Part shown: positions 60,154 through 64,000 of the stretch, in pieces
How positions within the stretch are numbered: position 1 is the first letter of the stretch
Layout: each line of letters begins with the position of its first letter
Assembly: GCA_903813345.2 (NCBI GenBank)
Contig: CAIIXF020000001.1
Coordinates: 49,228,001 to 49,292,000 of the forward strand
Direction: 5' to 3'
Source of the DNA: Owenia fusiformis
Taxonomy: Eukaryota
DNA length: 64,000 bases
Position numbers and translations under genes: made by a program
The notes under the pieces: model-generated
Database searches by the model: none
The model's input: the letters and a program-made list of their open reading frames with translations, nothing else
What the model was told of the DNA's origin: nothing

Positions 60154-60432
60154 TATCTCAGAACCCTGTTTTTGAGGCTGACTTCCTATGTGAGTCCGTT
60201 CATCCAATGTCGTCTGCTTGTTTGTCTGTCGTTTGGAAAATTGTAATTTATGGATTAATTCTGTTGCCCATTTGCCGCTATAGCTTCAGAAAGCGTAATT
60301 GCCATGGTAGATAGCTGATTGCACAGGATTACACCTAGACATCCTCAGAAGCCAATGTTTTATGTCTTAAATGCATGCTTAGCTTGTTATCTTGTTTCTT
60401 GTCATGACTAATGTGCTGTATCACATGTCATA

Positions 60433-61456
60433 TTTTTTCGAGGTCTCCTCTGCCGAAGGCAGCGCGAAGTAGGAGCGTAGCGACTACTTTGCGGGAGACC
60501 TCGAACCATTGATCACGTTTGCTCCGAACTCCAATGCAGTGTCTCGGTATAGACACTGCGGCGGGCAGATTATGGAATCCCCAAAATTTGGGGAAGATAG
60601 TCCCCCTTTTTGTCACAGATGTACTTGATTTTCATACAACTTATAAAATATATGTTCTTTTATGTTCAATAATCATTAATTTGTCAAAATATTTCAAAAT
60701 CATTGAAATATGAGAAGAAATCACCGCGGAAGGAATTCTGAGTAAAAGTTTTGTTGATAATAGTTTACCGCACGTGTTGTTTATTAGTTAATACGCGCAA
60801 TTCAACCAATGAAATTGTCTAAATTTTACAATCACGCGACCTGAGCATGGGACTAGAACCAATCACGTCAGTTGTTTATCATGAAGTTACCATGCTTACG
60901 GTGAGATACCTGCCCGCCGCAGTGATATTATCACTGCACGGGAGTTCGCGTTTGCTCCTGTAATTATTCACTTCTTCACCTCTTTAAAATGTGATTTCAA
61001 TCAGTTGATCAAATGTTCAGACTTTGACCTCAAATTCAAATATTAATATTTGTAAGAAAAAATACTGACTCATTGATATATTTTTAAAAGTCTTTTAAAA
61101 AAAGTGAAATGAAGCCAAAATCAGCTAAAATTATGCAATGTCGTAAAATGGCGTGACTGGAATATGATGCAATCACCCGTGACGTCAGACACGTATTGCC
61201 ACATCAACAACTAAATAAACAATTAATATAGACTTCACTGATTGGTTTAAAGATTCTTCGCATCATTTGTGACGTCATTAACATGTTACCCAACCAACAA
61301 CTAAACAAATAACAAATAGGCAATAGGCATATAGGTTCGTTCAGTGCCACGCTCTTGAATCAGTTATAAACAGGGATAATCAACAGATATGAGAGGGTCA
61401 GGCATTTTTTTGACTTCGGAGACCTCGACTCGAGGAGTTTGCTGCATTTTCTTGTT
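60433..61456 (+). mobile_element. Helentron-type non-autonomous element
   Basis: 5' stem TCGAGGTCTCC...GGAGACCTCGA, second GGAGACCTCGA at ~61418 and CTTGTT terminus. Confidence 0.6.
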
Positions 61457-62464
61457 GTTAATTCTATGACACACGCGTTTATGTCAATGTATAGATTGTT
61501 TCCAAAGATAGCGTTGATACTGCTCTTATAAGGCATTGTACAATTTTAGCTGAACCATTATGACAACTTGTAAAACAAAATACATAAATATGGATCAATT
61601 TATAACAACCATAAAACAAGAAAATTCCATAACCTGATAATGATATTTAAGAATAGAAGGTTTTATAGCTATATTATTTCTAATAAATACGAATGTCATG
61701 GTATCTACACATTTCCATATTTCTATCTGCATATAGCACATTGTGTTTTTTGTTTTTTATGTCCCATACTCCTAGTGCTGGAGTGAGATTGCCTTTTTGT
61801 ATGGTACTTTTCTCAAACTGTCACTCTTAGCCTAAACTGTAAACTGAAAATGCCAGTGTTTATCGTCCTGATTGTCAAAGGAAATTCTTCGATACTGATC
61901 CACTTTACAATTGCAATTTTGTTATTCATGGGCATGACAGTCAACGTCTAATTTTAAAGGCAATACCCTTATAAAAAATTCAACCTTGAAAGTCCGAATT
62001 TAAACCGTTTCCATCAATCATTGAATACTGATTGTTTCAACTACTAAGATCAAAGGAAAAACCATTGTACAATGATAAGCAATCATTGTGCAACCATTGC
62101 GTTCAACCAAGCAAAGTCAACTCTTTTTCAACGACTGCGCAACCGTTTCTTTACAATCATTGTAATCTGCAACCATTGCAAACTGCAACCATTTCACATT
62201 GAAATGTAAATGGTTGCAATATGTTTTGTTCAATGATTGCATAGTTCAACCCCTGCAACCATCCTGAATTAGTATCGTTCCAAAAAATTATCATTTTACC
62301 TGAATTAGAATTATCTTTAAGTATTGATTTGAATCTACCTCTATTCAACAACAGTATATCAAGATATTTTTTCTGCAAATATACTTGCATGTTTATTATA
62401 GTAAATTAGTAAATTTAGTTTAGTTCTCTGTCATTTACATTATTTACACAATTAAAATTACCAT

Positions 62465-62740
62465 ATCTAGTGTTCATCAAACTTCTATAAGTGTTCATAA
62501 AAGTGACATTTCTGGCAATGTTCATTATTATACTATTGCCAGCATTCATTATAATATTGGCAGTATTCAATAAACTATTGCCAGTATTCATTACATTATT
62601 GCCAGTATTCAATGAACTAATTGTTAGTATTCATAATAGTATTCAATAACTTTTTCCAGTATTCATTAAACTATTGACAGTATTCATTAAGCTTTTGGCA
62701 GTATTCAGTTAACTATTGGCAAAATTCAACACAATATTGG
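62465..62740. repeat. ~21-bp degenerate minisatellite
   Basis: CAGTATTCATTAAACTATTG-like units. Confidence 0.8.
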
Positions 62741-63402
62741 CGTTCATCAGCCATTCTCCTAAGCAGGTATCCAGAATCCGTACCTCCTTCCCCCTGCTAT
62801 AACCAATTTGGAAGCGCCTGATTAAACTGAATCAGGTGATCTTAGTGATTTCTGTCCCTAATCAATATATAATGGGGTATGTTTATAAAAAAATCTCATA
62901 TTTCTATTAAAAAAATCTATTATAGAATAAAATGCCTTTCAAAAAATAATAGATTATCCATATTATTTTAACATACAGATTTAAAAACTTTGTATACAGA
63001 ATTAACATTTTTATAGTAATATGCTTTCTATATAGTAGCTATGAGACATAATGCCTAGTCTGTAAGACTGATAGGGTTTTTATTTCCCTTTATCTGATAT
63101 GGCTAAAATGATGTATCTTTAATGTTAATTATGAAAAGAATTGAGCAAATCTCCAAATATTTAGTGAGAATGTTTTTCAAATGTATCTATATTATGTGTT
63201 AACACCTCATATCAAGAGTATCAGACTCACTAAATTTAAAAAATACAAACAAGATAACTATTTTGATATTGACTGTATATTATGTGTGAAACACATTATT
63301 CACAACAGATTTAATTACCATGTTCTTTCTTGGTTAATATTTTTTATAATAATGCTCAACACAACAATACCTACTTCATATTGACATGGGTTTAGGCAAA
63401 TC

Positions 63403-63498
63403 AAAATGCTTGAACAGCCAATTAAAACGGTTGAACAGCTAATTAAAACGGTTGAACAGCTAATTAAAACGGTTGAACAGCTAATTAAAATGCTTGAC
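63403..63498. repeat. 21-bp tandem repeat (~4.5 copies)
   Basis: AATTAAAACGGTTGAACAGCT units. Confidence 0.88.
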
Positions 63499-64000
63499 CA
63501 GAAATAGGGTTCATAGTCCTAGTTTCTGTTATATTTATTTTCAGCTTGTGTTATACTATATATTTATTTATATTCTCTATTTTATGCAGAAGGGGGGGGG
63601 GGCTTAGAAATTTAAAAAGTGTTTTCAGATTTTTGAGGGTTTATTTCTTTATTCAATTGCTTCAATAAGTGCTAAGAAATCTCAAATAGCAAGTATATGA
63701 AACTGAAAATAATATTTTCAGAATTTTTGTACTTCATTTTTATTCATGGATTTATGGATTAAGTTATTGTTCTTTGGCAAATTATAATTTATCAAGTTCT
63801 GTGTAAGGAATAATTAAATTACATAAGATGCTTCCTTTATAGCAGACTAATCAAACTGAGAGTTTCTCTGTAATAAGGTTTGTTTTGCCTTGCCAAATTA
63901 TTTTTGTTTTGTTTATGGATTAATGGATTAATAAAGTTTCTTTAGACACATCCTTCAAAGCAGACTCTAATCAAACTAGAGAGACTGAGTCTTACTGTAA

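Noticed and set aside
60800..60900. CCAAT boxes as the PDE promoter
   Set aside because: They lie inside a probable Helentron-type repeat, and no transcription start can be located from sequence alone.

Overview
AT-rich, repeat-dense eukaryotic genomic DNA, most likely from an invertebrate animal (the repeat types resemble those of lophotrochozoans, but the species cannot be determined from sequence alone). One complete protein-coding gene occupies most of the window on the minus strand: a GAF-A/GAF-B/HD-domain cyclic nucleotide phosphodiesterase most similar to PDE11A. I assembled it by hand into 19 coding exons (54588 -> 1255, 2661 nt, 886 aa) with consistent splice phases; the largest introns are about 27 kb, 9.6 kb and 6.5 kb. 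Introns and flanks contain tandem repeats, Tc1/mariner and pogo-like MITEs, Helentron-type elements and two non-LTR retrotransposon fragments. The most notable observations are: (1) several palindromic non-autonomous DNA transposon families that all have CAC...GTG ends and 5-bp target-site duplications, the Transib/RAG-like signature; (2) two ~890-bp palindromes only 24 bp apart; (3) a four-component nested insertion whose history can be read from the sequence; (4) tandem repeats that copy the gene's own splice junctions; (5) one intron with two in-frame donor/acceptor pairs 4 nt apart (GC-AG or GT-AG). No rRNA, tRNA, CRISPR array or prokaryotic features are supported.
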